Source of the DNA: a virus | Lineage: Duplodnaviria > Caudoviricetes | Length of the DNA: 57,746 nt | Virus record (IMG/VR): IMGVR_UViG_3300032332_000523 | Coordinates: 1-57,746 of that record | Direction: 5' to 3' (one strand) | In this document: positions 1 through 7,426 of the stretch, one piece after another | Numbering within the stretch: position 1 is the first letter of the stretch | How the letters are laid out: each line of letters opens with the position of its first letter | Notes under the pieces: model-generated | The model's database searches: none | Seen by the model: only the letters and a program-made list of their open reading frames with translations | What the model was told of the DNA's origin: nothing | Program-made: the position numbers and the translations under genes

Positions 1-123
1 CTCATCGCACCAGACTCGATGGAACTGAGGACCACGTAGACGGGATGGTTCTTCTGCTGAGAAGCCCCGGATCGATGATCCGTTCTTCAGGGTGATCTCG
101 CCGATGGACCGGTTGTAGTTGTC
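1..123. repeat. Terminal direct repeat (circular assembly overlap), copy 1
   Basis: Identical to 57624-57746; the terL reading frame continues across the junction. Confidence 0.97.
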
Positions 124-453
124 AATCAGGTAGTGCGGGACCACGTTCATGACCCCCGAGTCCCCTTCGAAGCACACGCCCCTAATATCCCCTGACGTTG
201 GCGCGATAACCCCACAGCGGACCCCAGGATTGTCCGCAGCATAGTGCCCAATGTCTTCTGCCCCGGTCCTTGTCTTACCGAATCCACGACCAGCCAAGAT
301 CAGCCAGATGCCCCAATCTCCAGGCGGCGTCATCTGCTGCTGTCTGGCCGTTGCCTTCCACTTCAGCTTCCACGCTATGTGCGCCAAGTCCTCCAGTTCC
401 AGACTGGCCAGGCTCGACTGGATTGTGGTCAGCTCAGCCTTGGACAGGATCAT
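1..453 (-). CDS. terL: Terminase large subunit, N-terminal ATPase part (continues at 57623..56601)
   Basis: Manual translation from ATG at 453: MILSKAELTT...WLILAGRGFGKTRTGAE (Walker A)...LRGPQFHRVWCDE (Walker B). ATGA overlap with the terS stop. Missed by the ORF track because of the contig break. Confidence 0.95.
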   Translation of the reverse strand, partial: MILSKAELTTIQSSLASLELEDLAHIAWKLKWKATARQQQMTPPGDWGIWLILAGRGFGKTRTGAEDIGHYAADNPGVRCGVIAPTSGDIRGVCFEGDSGVMNVVPHYLIDNYNRSIGEITLKNGSSIRGFSAEEPSRLRGPQFHRVWCDE

Positions 454-776
454 TTGCCGCCAGCATTTAGCTTGCTAATCAGATCGCTAATCTGCCCGAC
501 AAGCTCGAGCCTTGCTTCAATGGGTCCGCCATCGGGTCCGGTGATCTCGATCGACTTCTTCTTGGCGTGACCGTACTGGACCACTTCCTTGAGACAGTCC
601 TTCCTGATGTCCAGTGGGTGGTTAGGGTCAAAGGCCATCTCAGCCAGTGCCTCGAGTGGATCTCCGTGTCTTTCGACGATGCGGTCGAAGATCTCTTGCC
701 GCACGACGTTGCGCTTGTTGGGGCTTCCGGGCTTGCGGCCAGAGCCAGGAGGCTTGACGCCTTTCTGAAATGCCAT
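450..776 (-). CDS. terS: Terminase small subunit
   Basis: Directly upstream of terL; N-terminal GRKPGSPNK and C-terminal EITGPDGGPIE typical of small terminases; GGAG RBS. Confidence 0.8.
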   Translation of the reverse strand: MAFQKGVKPPGSGRKPGSPNKRNVVRQEIFDRIVERHGDPLEALAEMAFDPNHPLDIRKDCLKEVVQYGHAKKKSIEITGPDGGPIEARLELVGQISDLISKLNAGGK

Positions 777-805
777 TGCAGTGCTCCAGTGTTCTACATT
801 TTTTC

Positions 806-836
806 TATTTTAGAGCGCGGTGCGTGATTCAGTAAA
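806..836 (-). promoter_or_regulatory. Putative sigma70-like promoter for the terS/late operon
   Basis: Minus strand TTTACT-N18-TAAAAT about 30 nt upstream of the terS ATG. Confidence 0.5.
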
Positions 837-841
837 CGATT

Positions 842-1000
842 CAAAAACGCTATAGAGCACTTTTTTTACCTTATACAGAGAGGATCAATACACCCTGTAA
901 TCTTTCGCATCCTCTTATGTTTTGACGAGCGAACGAGTCTATTTCTAGAATTAACTAAGTAAAACAAATCCTCTCTGTATAAGGAAGAAAAAACATATAT
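842..1000. repeat. Palindromic element A (perfect 17-bp inverted repeat, 82-bp spacer); homologous to 19458-19600
   Basis: CCTTATACAGAGAGGAT (869-885) and ATCCTCTCTGTATAAGG (968-984); core CGAGCGAACGAGTCTATT at 926-943; AT-rich. Confidence 0.9.
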
Positions 1001-1130
1001 AGCGAATTTGGCTCGTCAGGCCAAATCACGCGGTTTATTAAGCCTCTGCACGCGCTTTTTATAGATTAACTGGCACAACCTGCGCAAATCCATGATAAAA
1101 TTGCATTTTGCAACAACCAGGAGCGAGCAC

Positions 1131-1580
1131 ATGGGTCGTCCGATCGAGCCAACTTCACCACTAGACACTGACACCGTCAAGCTTTTGCTGTGGATCAGCG
1201 AGTACGGTACGGGGCAGCCAAACGTCAGTCGCCTGTACGACCGCGAGGTCCTTGAAGGTCTGGCCTTAGGCCGCGGTACCTTCTTCGGTGCCATCAAGGG
1301 CCGCAATGTCACTAAGGACACCATCGCCAAGATCGACGAGCTGATCGCCGTGAGAGGCTGGATGGCCAAGTGGACCGAGCACCTCCGTGAGGAGCACAAG
1401 AAGCGTGTCATCCAGGCCTTCAACAAGACCTGGACCAGCTGCTCCGTGTGCGGCCACGATTGCCCCAACTGCGGGGCTGCCAAGTCAGAGACCCGCCGCA
1501 AGGCCGTGTTCAGCTACCTGAAGACTGACCCTGTTGACCTGGGCTGCAAGCTAGACGATGGTGGTCCGACGGTTCTTTGA
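1131..1580 (+). CDS. Putative Zn-binding DNA-binding/regulatory protein
   Basis: AGGAG RBS before ATG 1131; extended -10 TGaTAAAAT at 1093-1101; CxxC-x3-CxxC motif (CSVCGHDCPNC); divergent from terS. Confidence 0.6.
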   Translation: MGRPIEPTSPLDTDTVKLLLWISEYGTGQPNVSRLYDREVLEGLALGRGTFFGAIKGRNVTKDTIAKIDELIAVRGWMAKWTEHLREEHKKRVIQAFNKTWTSCSVCGHDCPNCGAAKSETRRKAVFSYLKTDPVDLGCKLDDGGPTVL

Positions 1581-1772
1581 GTTTGGGAAAAACACCACTG
1601 AGAAGACGGGGAAGTCCATGGGCTCATCAGGCGTTACCGTCTCGCCGTTGATGAGCACAGCACCTTGAGCCATGTGCCTGCGCAACTCGCCGTTGCTCAT
1701 GGCCGTGCATGGTCGTTCAGCGCTCATTGGTATTGCTGGACGCAAGTTGTTGAGATACTGCAGCACGTTCAC
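1551..1772 (-). CDS. Small protein with S4-like RNA-binding motif
   Basis: SNGELRRHMAQGAVLINGETV resembles the S4 domain consensus (S.SEARRLI.QG.V.ING). Confidence 0.6.
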   Translation of the reverse strand: MNVLQYLNNLRPAIPMSAERPCTAMSNGELRRHMAQGAVLINGETVTPDEPMDFPVFSVVFFPNSKNRRTTIV

Positions 1773-1828
1773 GGCTGCGCTCCTAATACCCAGCCAATTA
1801 CAAAGACGACAATGGTGATGAGGGTCAT
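1769..1828 (-). CDS. 19-aa hydrophobic mini-protein (MTLITIVVFVIGWVLGAQP)
   Basis: AAGGAG RBS; ATGA overlap upstream and GTGA overlap downstream; fills the gap exactly. Confidence 0.5.
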   Translation of the reverse strand: MTLITIVVFVIGWVLGAQP

Positions 1829-2103
1829 GTGTTTTTCTCCTTCAGCTTGTCTGTCAATGGATGTTTCCACCACCCGCTGTTGTCATCAGGGTTTCGGTAT
1901 TTCACGCGGGCGTAAGTGTCTGTCACTTCGAACCGCTCTTGCTCCACTTTGTCTTCCATGTCGAGGACATCCTTGTATGTCCAGCCACCACGCATTTCCA
2001 AAGGCATGTTTTTTCCTCCCCATTGTTCACAGTTATGTACGCTTTTAAGCCCCAGTGCATTTGCCACTGCTCGGTCAAGGGCTGCTCCCGTTAACTTAGT
2101 CAT
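1825..2103 (-). CDS. Hypothetical protein
   Basis: Coupled by ATGA overlaps; ends KLKEKNT. Confidence 0.75.
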   Translation of the reverse strand: MTKLTGAALDRAVANALGLKSVHNCEQWGGKNMPLEMRGGWTYKDVLDMEDKVEQERFEVTDTYARVKYRNPDDNSGWWKHPLTDKLKEKNT

Positions 2104-2567
2104 GTGTTCTTCTCCTTGAGCTTGGCTTCAACTTTTTGCACAAGTTCAATCCAGCTTGGGCTTAGGTCATCAAGGTTATATGCCAATGAAGCATCGCCCG
2201 TCAGTACCACAGAAATCTCTTCATCCGTCAGCCCTACCCATTCGCGCTTTGGTGGGGTGGTGTAAGATTTCATTGCGGGAATAAATCCGCGCAAAATCCT
2301 CAGCGCAAAATATGCGTCCTTGTGAGTTGGGTCGTGAAATGGGTTTGTCTTTGAATGGTGCGCTTCAATCACCCTGTCAAAAGCTTCGCACATACCTTCA
2401 AGGTTGTAGCCAGCCCACGCCACAGGCTCCTGCGCTGGCTGTGCCCTTGTCTGCCAGTAATGCACATCGCACAGGTCACCTTGGTCGATGTCGTCCTTGT
2501 ACAGGTTGAACTGGTAGCTACCGCAGTTCCACTGTCCGCGCTTAAACGTGCAGCGTTTGTCAGTCAT
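2100..2567 (-). CDS. Hypothetical protein with AQEPVAW and WVGLTDEEI...LKEKNT modules
   Basis: ATGA overlaps; C-terminal module shared with 2835-3146. Confidence 0.8.
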   Translation of the reverse strand: MTDKRCTFKRGQWNCGSYQFNLYKDDIDQGDLCDVHYWQTRAQPAQEPVAWAGYNLEGMCEAFDRVIEAHHSKTNPFHDPTHKDAYFALRILRGFIPAMKSYTTPPKREWVGLTDEEISVVLTGDASLAYNLDDLSPSWIELVQKVEAKLKEKNT

Positions 2568-2752
2568 GTGTTCTTCTCCTTAATCACCCAACCCCAATCC
2601 ATCCGATTCCACGCATGCTCTTTGGCATACTCATCTTTTTCATCTTCTGACAGGGCATTCCAATCTGCTTCGTCAATTTCAAATTCAGTCTTGTATGCTG
2701 ATTGATGGTTTGCGCCACTATCCAACCAAGTTTTAATTGTGATGATACTCAT
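2564..2752 (-). CDS. Hypothetical acidic protein
   Basis: ATGA overlaps, AAGGAG RBS, ends IKEKNT. Confidence 0.7.
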   Translation of the reverse strand: MSIITIKTWLDSGANHQSAYKTEFEIDEADWNALSEDEKDEYAKEHAWNRMDWGWVIKEKNT

Positions 2753-2838
2753 GCGTTCTTCTCCTTTCGTTTGTCACGCACACGGTGCTCATAGTTAAAA
2801 AACCAAAAACCCATCCACGCTCCAAGAATCGTAATCAT
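2749..2838 (-). CDS. 29-aa mini-protein (MITILGAWMGFWFFNYEHRVRDKRKEKNA)
   Basis: Manual translation; ATGA overlaps at both ends; same KEKNA terminus as its neighbours. Confidence 0.55.
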   Translation of the reverse strand: MITILGAWMGFWFFNYEHRVRDKRKEKNA

Positions 2839-3146
2839 GCGTTCTTCTCCTTGAGTAGTTGCTCAACGGAGCGGGCAAAGTCTGCAAAAGATGCACCATC
2901 AGTGGCGTCCCATGCGACATAAGCCGTACCAATCTCCTCATCCGTCAGCCCTACCCAAGGCTTTTTGTAGACCTGCGTGTCGTCATCTTCCTCAACGCGA
3001 TACTTGGCCAGCGTTGGCTGGCTCTTCTGGTACTCCTCGTCAAAGTCCTCATTGATCCTGGCCATAGCCTGTATCCTTTTGATCTGGTGGCCATTGAGCT
3101 GCCGGCGTTGGATGTCGTCAAACGCCTCGTCTTCTGGTGTCTTCAT
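2835..3146 (-). CDS. Hypothetical protein with WVGLTDEEI...LKEKNA module
   Basis: Start reassigned to ATG 3146 (ATGA overlap). Confidence 0.75.
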   Translation of the reverse strand: MKTPEDEAFDDIQRRQLNGHQIKRIQAMARINEDFDEEYQKSQPTLAKYRVEEDDDTQVYKKPWVGLTDEEIGTAYVAWDATDGASFADFARSVEQLLKEKNA

Positions 3147-3259
3147 GATATGAGTGCCCAAACAATGCTGCCAATGGCAGCCACAAACAATAAAAATGTG
3201 AACACAGAGATCACGGTGATCACGATGTCCTCTAGGTAGTCGTCATCATCGCCGCTCAT
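3143..3259 (-). CDS. 38-aa single-pass membrane mini-protein
   Basis: MSGDDDDYLEDIVITVISVFTFLLFVAAIGSIVWALIS; ATGA overlaps on both sides. Confidence 0.6.
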   Translation of the reverse strand: MSGDDDDYLEDIVITVISVFTFLLFVAAIGSIVWALIS

Positions 3260-3441
3260 TCTGCATCCTTCCATGTCCAGCCCAGCAGCTTGCTCGTGAA
3301 CCAGCGTTGCAGCCATGATGGCTTGTGATAGATGGTAAAACTAATGTGTGGCGTTGCTTGCGCGTACAAAATCCAATGGCCCGCAGGCTTGGGTAGCTCC
3401 ACGAATTTGTATGAGACTATCTCATCGTCCTCACAGCTCAT
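3256..3441 (-). CDS. Hypothetical protein
   Basis: GAGGAG RBS and ATGA overlap at 3438-3441. Confidence 0.65.
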   Translation of the reverse strand: MSCEDDEIVSYKFVELPKPAGHWILYAQATPHISFTIYHKPSWLQRWFTSKLLGWTWKDAE

Positions 3442-3647
3442 AAAGTTGCTCCTCGTACGTTGATGCAAGTGCCCTCGAGCAAGGTAATCATGCTGTTGCC
3501 CTTGAGCGACATCTTGCGCAAGTTTTCCTTTTGAGAGTCAATGTTCCGCCGGCATTCCGCCTCGGTCCTAAAGATATTGGTGGCCTGCATGAATTCACAG
3601 TTCCCATTCATGCAGACAAACAAGACGGCCGCGTAAAGAGTGCTCAT
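3438..3647 (-). CDS. Small Cys-containing hypothetical protein
   Basis: MSTLYAAVLFVCMNGNC...C...C; ATGA overlap; GGAG RBS. Confidence 0.65.
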   Translation of the reverse strand: MSTLYAAVLFVCMNGNCEFMQATNIFRTEAECRRNIDSQKENLRKMSLKGNSMITLLEGTCINVRGATL

Positions 3648-3823
3648 TGCCGATCCCCTCCAATGAAGAAGCAGGTGTTCATGCGCCTGACACCCTTGGC
3701 ATCTACGTACGTCTCGCCGCAGCCAGACATCCACTCAACGAGCAAGAATAGCAGCATGCAGCCAAGCAAACCAGCCAGCAAGAACTCAGCTGCCCATTTC
3801 AATAGTTGTTTGAACAGTCTCAT
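3644..3823 (-). CDS. Small membrane protein
   Basis: Hydrophobic helix followed by SGCGETY; AAGGAG RBS; ATGA overlap. Confidence 0.65.
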   Translation of the reverse strand: MRLFKQLLKWAAEFLLAGLLGCMLLFLLVEWMSGCGETYVDAKGVRRMNTCFFIGGDRQ

Positions 3824-4026
3824 GTCGTCTCCTTTGTCAGTTGTTCGTTTATCCATTGATCCAGCTTGTTGTGCAGCCATGCGCGGCGGAGGGCAATATC
3901 ACCGCCTGTTTTGATAAAAGCCGGGCCAGCGGTGAATACAAGTTCCCCGTCTTTGTTGTTGGAGACAGTCACTACCTCTTCATGCTCGCTAGCTGCAAAA
4001 GGAGTCAAGATGCTTTCTTCTTTCAT
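3820..4026 (-). CDS. Hypothetical protein
   Basis: ATGA-coupled; GAGGAG RBS. Confidence 0.65.
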   Translation of the reverse strand: MKEESILTPFAASEHEEVVTVSNNKDGELVFTAGPAFIKTGGDIALRRAWLHNKLDQWINEQLTKETT

Positions 4027-4241
4027 GCTTGCTCCTCTTCAAGTGGTACATCACGCCATTCGCCCTCTGCTTTACGCAAAGGTATATCACCAGTCCAGCC
4101 AAGGTTTATGGTCATTGGCTTCTCCCACCATTGCTGGAGGATGCGGACTGTTTTTGTTTGCGTTATGTATTTGCCCAATTCAAATTCATAAGGGTTTGAT
4201 ATTTCGCGCTCAACAAAGCGCAGTCTGGATGTTGGCGTCAT
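4023..4241 (-). CDS. Hypothetical protein (LRFVER...ILQQWW...GEWRDVP)
   Basis: Start at ATG 4241 with GGGAG RBS and ATGA overlap. Confidence 0.7.
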   Translation of the reverse strand: MTPTSRLRFVEREISNPYEFELGKYITQTKTVRILQQWWEKPMTINLGWTGDIPLRKAEGEWRDVPLEEEQA

Positions 4242-4411
4242 GCTGGTCTCCCTACGTTTACACAACGATAGCGGTTTTTGAGGTTCAGTTGTTGCGCAGC
4301 ACTTACGCAAAGTGCTTCGCTGTTAAACACACCGAGTTGCCGCCAATCGGGGTAACACTCGTGCGGTTGGCAGGCCATTACTGACCAGACAAACAAAATT
4401 GAAGCTGTCAT
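4238..4411 (-). CDS. 57-aa Cys-containing hypothetical protein
   Basis: Manual translation MTASILFVWSVMACQPHECYPDWRQLG...; ATGA overlaps at both ends; AAGGAG RBS. Confidence 0.6.
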   Translation of the reverse strand: MTASILFVWSVMACQPHECYPDWRQLGVFNSEALCVSAAQQLNLKNRYRCVNVGRPA

Positions 4412-5190
4412 GTCATCTCCTTGCTAAAGATACCCTGCAGCAGCGTCTTGAGGTCGCCAACGCCGCCATTGCAGTAGTGCAGGTTAGGGTGCTTGCGGTA
4501 CTTGTTCTGCACCGAGTGGTTGATGAACTTGGTCATGAGGATCGTGTGGTCCTTGTGAACTGTATAGCGGCTGATCGCGTCATCCGAGTTGATAAACGTG
4601 TAGTCGAGGTCTGGCCTATATTGCCTGATCGTCTCCATCTGGCAGCCATTGAGGCCGATGATCAAGACGCTGCGCTTACGTATGCGGACGGCCTCGTCAA
4701 GACGCTTTAGCCATGACGTGCCAAACCCTTGCTGTCGTTGTATTTCAGGAGGCACTTGCTCATAGCGAGTGGTTTCTTCTTGAGACGCAACCTCCTTTGT
4801 GCCTAACGTCTGAGCATCAAGCTGCTGAAGCTTAAAAAGCTCTACCGCTATCTTATGGGCCATGGACCACATGAAGTCATCCATGGTCGTCAGACGCTCT
4901 ACGTTTGGAGCAGGCGGTGGCGGCTCAGGAGGAGGTGGCGGAGGTGCCTGCTTCGACGCGACTTCCATGGACCGCCTGTGCTTGGCTGCAAGGTCACGCG
5001 CCGATGCGATCAGAGCCTTGTAGCTGAAGACGCGCTGGTCGGTGATCACCAGCCGTCGGTCAGGAGCTATGCACTCCTCTTGCGCCATCCGCAACAGCTG
5101 CTTGCTGGGCAGGCCTGAGTTTGTGTAGCAGATGTCCACCATGCAGTCATGGAGGTTACTCTTCTCTTGGTTGTTCCAGACGATTCTCAT
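4408..5190 (-). CDS. Protein with poly-Pro linker and C-terminal DUF2325-like domain
   Basis: C-terminus SVLIIGL...ILMTKFINHS...YCNGG..DL matches the DUF2325 pattern. Confidence 0.6.
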   Translation of the reverse strand: MRIVWNNQEKSNLHDCMVDICYTNSGLPSKQLLRMAQEECIAPDRRLVITDQRVFSYKALIASARDLAAKHRRSMEVASKQAPPPPPPEPPPPAPNVERLTTMDDFMWSMAHKIAVELFKLQQLDAQTLGTKEVASQEETTRYEQVPPEIQRQQGFGTSWLKRLDEAVRIRKRSVLIIGLNGCQMETIRQYRPDLDYTFINSDDAISRYTVHKDHTILMTKFINHSVQNKYRKHPNLHYCNGGVGDLKTLLQGIFSKEMT

Positions 5191-5192
5191 GA

Positions 5193-5366
5193 TTAGATCG
5201 CCTCTTGCTGCACGTTGATCTTGTAGCCGAGGGCCTTGATCATGTTGATCGTGGTGGCCTTGAGCGTCTTGGTGCCGGCGATGTCAGCGAAGATCTGTGC
5301 AGTCTCGCAGACTGGGTAGATGGTCTTGGCGCCGTAGACTGAGGTGATGCGAACGGTGATTTCCAT
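5193..5366 (-). CDS. Hypothetical protein, first gene after early promoter B
   Basis: MEITVRITSVYGAKTIYPVCETAQIFA...; purine-rich RBS. Confidence 0.7.
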   Translation of the reverse strand: MEITVRITSVYGAKTIYPVCETAQIFADIAGTKTLKATTINMIKALGYKINVQQEAI

Positions 5367-5371
5367 GATGA

Positions 5372-5483
5372 CTCTTTCTTCTTTCTTAGCGCCGCGGGAT
5401 TGCTGCGCATGGTTAGATTGTACTGCGCGGTTGCGCACTGCGTGCATTCTTGCGCAAATAGTTGCTGGGACTTTTACTAGCTA
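5372..5483 (-). promoter_or_regulatory. Early promoter/leader B, homologous to 19337-19452
   Basis: Minus strand AAGTCCCAGCAA...GCACGCAGTGCGCAACCGCGCAG-TACAAT...CATGCGCAGCAATCC...AGAAAGAAGAAAG. Confidence 0.75.
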
Positions 5484-5539
5484 TTCTTTGCGCGCGCTAC
5501 CGCAGTACGTGATAAGATGCACGATGAAAGGAACCACAC

Positions 5540-5728
5540 ATGCGCGTAGCTATAGCAAAAAAGATCGCAGTCGAGAACGGCATGAGCCTTGAGTACGACA
5601 ACAACATGCGCTTGTACATCCTCAAGGACAATGAGCAGGGCTGGCCTGACCAGTTCTTCCCTGGCAATGCGCTGCGCACCATGTCGACTGACCTGTTTGT
5701 GCAGTTCTTCCTGCGGATCAAGGACTAA
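5540..5728 (+). CDS. Small hypothetical protein, divergently transcribed
   Basis: GAAAGGA RBS; extended -10 TGaTAAGAT at 5510-5518. Confidence 0.7.
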   Translation: MRVAIAKKIAVENGMSLEYDNNMRLYILKDNEQGWPDQFFPGNALRTMSTDLFVQFFLRIKD

Positions 5729-5733
5729 GTTTT

Positions 5734-5794
5734 GGGGGGTTGGCTTCGGCGTATTGCTGTGATAGACGGAGCCGCTTGTACAAGGCCAGCCCCC
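5734..5794 (+). other. GC-rich branched hairpin between convergent genes (terminator or structured RNA)
   Basis: GGGGGTTGGC...GCCAGCCCCC outer stem enclosing CGGC/GCCG and CTTGTACAAG. Confidence 0.5.
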
Positions 5795-5798
5795 ACCC

Positions 5799-7235
5799 TT
5801 AACTCAGCCAGTCCTTCCACTCGTCGCCCAGCACTTGCGCTGACAGCTGCTTCTTCTCACGCAGGGCCTTGACGATCTTCTCGTCTACGCTCTTGCGGCA
5901 GATCAAGTCCACGTAGGTCACCGCGTGCTTCTGACCGATCCGGTGAGCACGGTCCTCAGACTGCAGCCGATGCTCCAAGTTGTAGCTGTTGCTGTAGTAG
6001 ACCACGTTGGTTGCCGCAGTAAGCGTGATGCCAAAGCCGCCGGTCTGGGGGTTGCCCACAAAGTACATGCAGTCTGGGTCGGTCTGGAAGCGGCGCACTG
6101 CCTCCTGTCTTGCCTCATTAGACGTGTCCCCGTAGTACGACACCACTGACTTCCTGCCGTAGACCTCCTGCAGCTCTTCTTCAATTGCCTTGATGTCGTG
6201 CCTGTAGTTCGCCCAGATGATGACCTTGCCCGATGACTCATCCAGCACGTCCATCAGTGCTGCCATCCGGTTGTTGTTAACCGGGATCACCTTGCCATCA
6301 TCAGTCGTGAGGCTTCCGCAGACAAGTTGATGAAGACGAAGCAGCTTGGTAAGAATAATGGGCGCTGAAACAAGCTGTCCATCCAGTTCAGCCATGGCCC
6401 TCTCCTTGAGGCTCTTGTAGTGCTTCTTCTGCTCATCCGTAAGCTCCACCTCGTAGTATTGATAGATCTTCTCAGGGAGGTCGAGGCACTCCAGTTTCGT
6501 GCGGCGTGACGACCAGCGCTGAATCGACTTGGTAAGCTCGTCAAGGTGCTTGAAGCCTTTGACCTTAGTGAACGCGCGGTTACCCGCCGTGATCTTGACC
6601 ATCTCTGCATACTTTGCCCTGAACGTGTAGAAGCTGGTGAAGCCCAGCAGGTGTGGGTTAAGGAACCAGGCCTGACTGAACAGGTCTAGCGGATTATTGG
6701 TCACTGGAGACCCCGTCAGGATCCGTCGGTAGTTGGCCTTGCGGCCGATCTTCATTGCTGCCTTCGTGCGCTTGGCATCCCGGTTCTTGATGGTCGTAGA
6801 CTCGTCGATCACCATCAGCGTCTTGTGGCAGTTGACAAATGAATCTGCGATCTTGAAGCTGCGGTCAAAGGCCAGGGCCTCGATGTTCATCACAAAGATC
6901 TTCAGCGGCTCCATCGGCGTCAGCAGCAGGTCGTAGCTCTTCTTCAGCTCGGTGTTGGCAGAGCTGTCCCAGTACGTGCCAACCCAGTCAATGTAGTCAG
7001 GCATGTGCTCAGGCAGCTCCTTGGTCACCCAGTTGCGATACGAGCCCTTGTTGCCAAGGATGAAGACCGCGTCGATCTTGCCCGTCGCGTACAGCCATGC
7101 AGCAGTGTCAACCGTGGTCTTTGACTTGCCCAGTCCCATCTCCCAGAACAAGGCGTATTCGTCCATGTCCCGGCTGAGCTTGAAGTCGGCATCCTGATGC
7201 TCGAAAGGTTTGGTCTTGTATTTGTAGTCGATCAT
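5799..7235 (-). CDS. SNF2-family (SF2) helicase
   Basis: EMGLGKS, VIDES, LTGSP, GFGITLT, QSEDRAHRIGQ motifs. Confidence 0.95.
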   Translation of the reverse strand: MIDYKYKTKPFEHQDADFKLSRDMDEYALFWEMGLGKSKTTVDTAAWLYATGKIDAVFILGNKGSYRNWVTKELPEHMPDYIDWVGTYWDSSANTELKKSYDLLLTPMEPLKIFVMNIEALAFDRSFKIADSFVNCHKTLMVIDESTTIKNRDAKRTKAAMKIGRKANYRRILTGSPVTNNPLDLFSQAWFLNPHLLGFTSFYTFRAKYAEMVKITAGNRAFTKVKGFKHLDELTKSIQRWSSRRTKLECLDLPEKIYQYYEVELTDEQKKHYKSLKERAMAELDGQLVSAPIILTKLLRLHQLVCGSLTTDDGKVIPVNNNRMAALMDVLDESSGKVIIWANYRHDIKAIEEELQEVYGRKSVVSYYGDTSNEARQEAVRRFQTDPDCMYFVGNPQTGGFGITLTAATNVVYYSNSYNLEHRLQSEDRAHRIGQKHAVTYVDLICRKSVDEKIVKALREKKQLSAQVLGDEWKDWLS

Positions 7236-7426
7236 GATTGTTCCTTTGCAGGAGGATCAATGATGTCTCGCATGATGTGGGCCCTACCTGTTGGCGTTAT
7301 CACGATGCCGATGACAAGGATCTTTCCGTCATCAGTCCAATGGGCCCTCATCCCGTAAGTTGGAAACTCAAATGGGGGCTCTCCAACCTCATTGGCTTTA
7401 AGTTGAAGTGTGATCTCTTGTGTCAT
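7232..7426 (-). CDS. Hypothetical protein
   Basis: ATGA overlaps with both helicase genes. Confidence 0.65.
   Translation of the reverse strand: MTQEITLQLKANEVGEPPFEFPTYGMRAHWTDDGKILVIGIVITPTGRAHIMRDIIDPPAKEQS

Noticed and set aside
1-123. Biological terminal repeat of the virion DNA
   Set aside because: It falls inside terL and is short and exact, which fits an assembly overlap of a circular contig.
842-1000. MITE or IS ends
   Set aside because: No transposase and no evident target-site duplication; the two copies sit exactly at module boundaries, which argues for a phage function.
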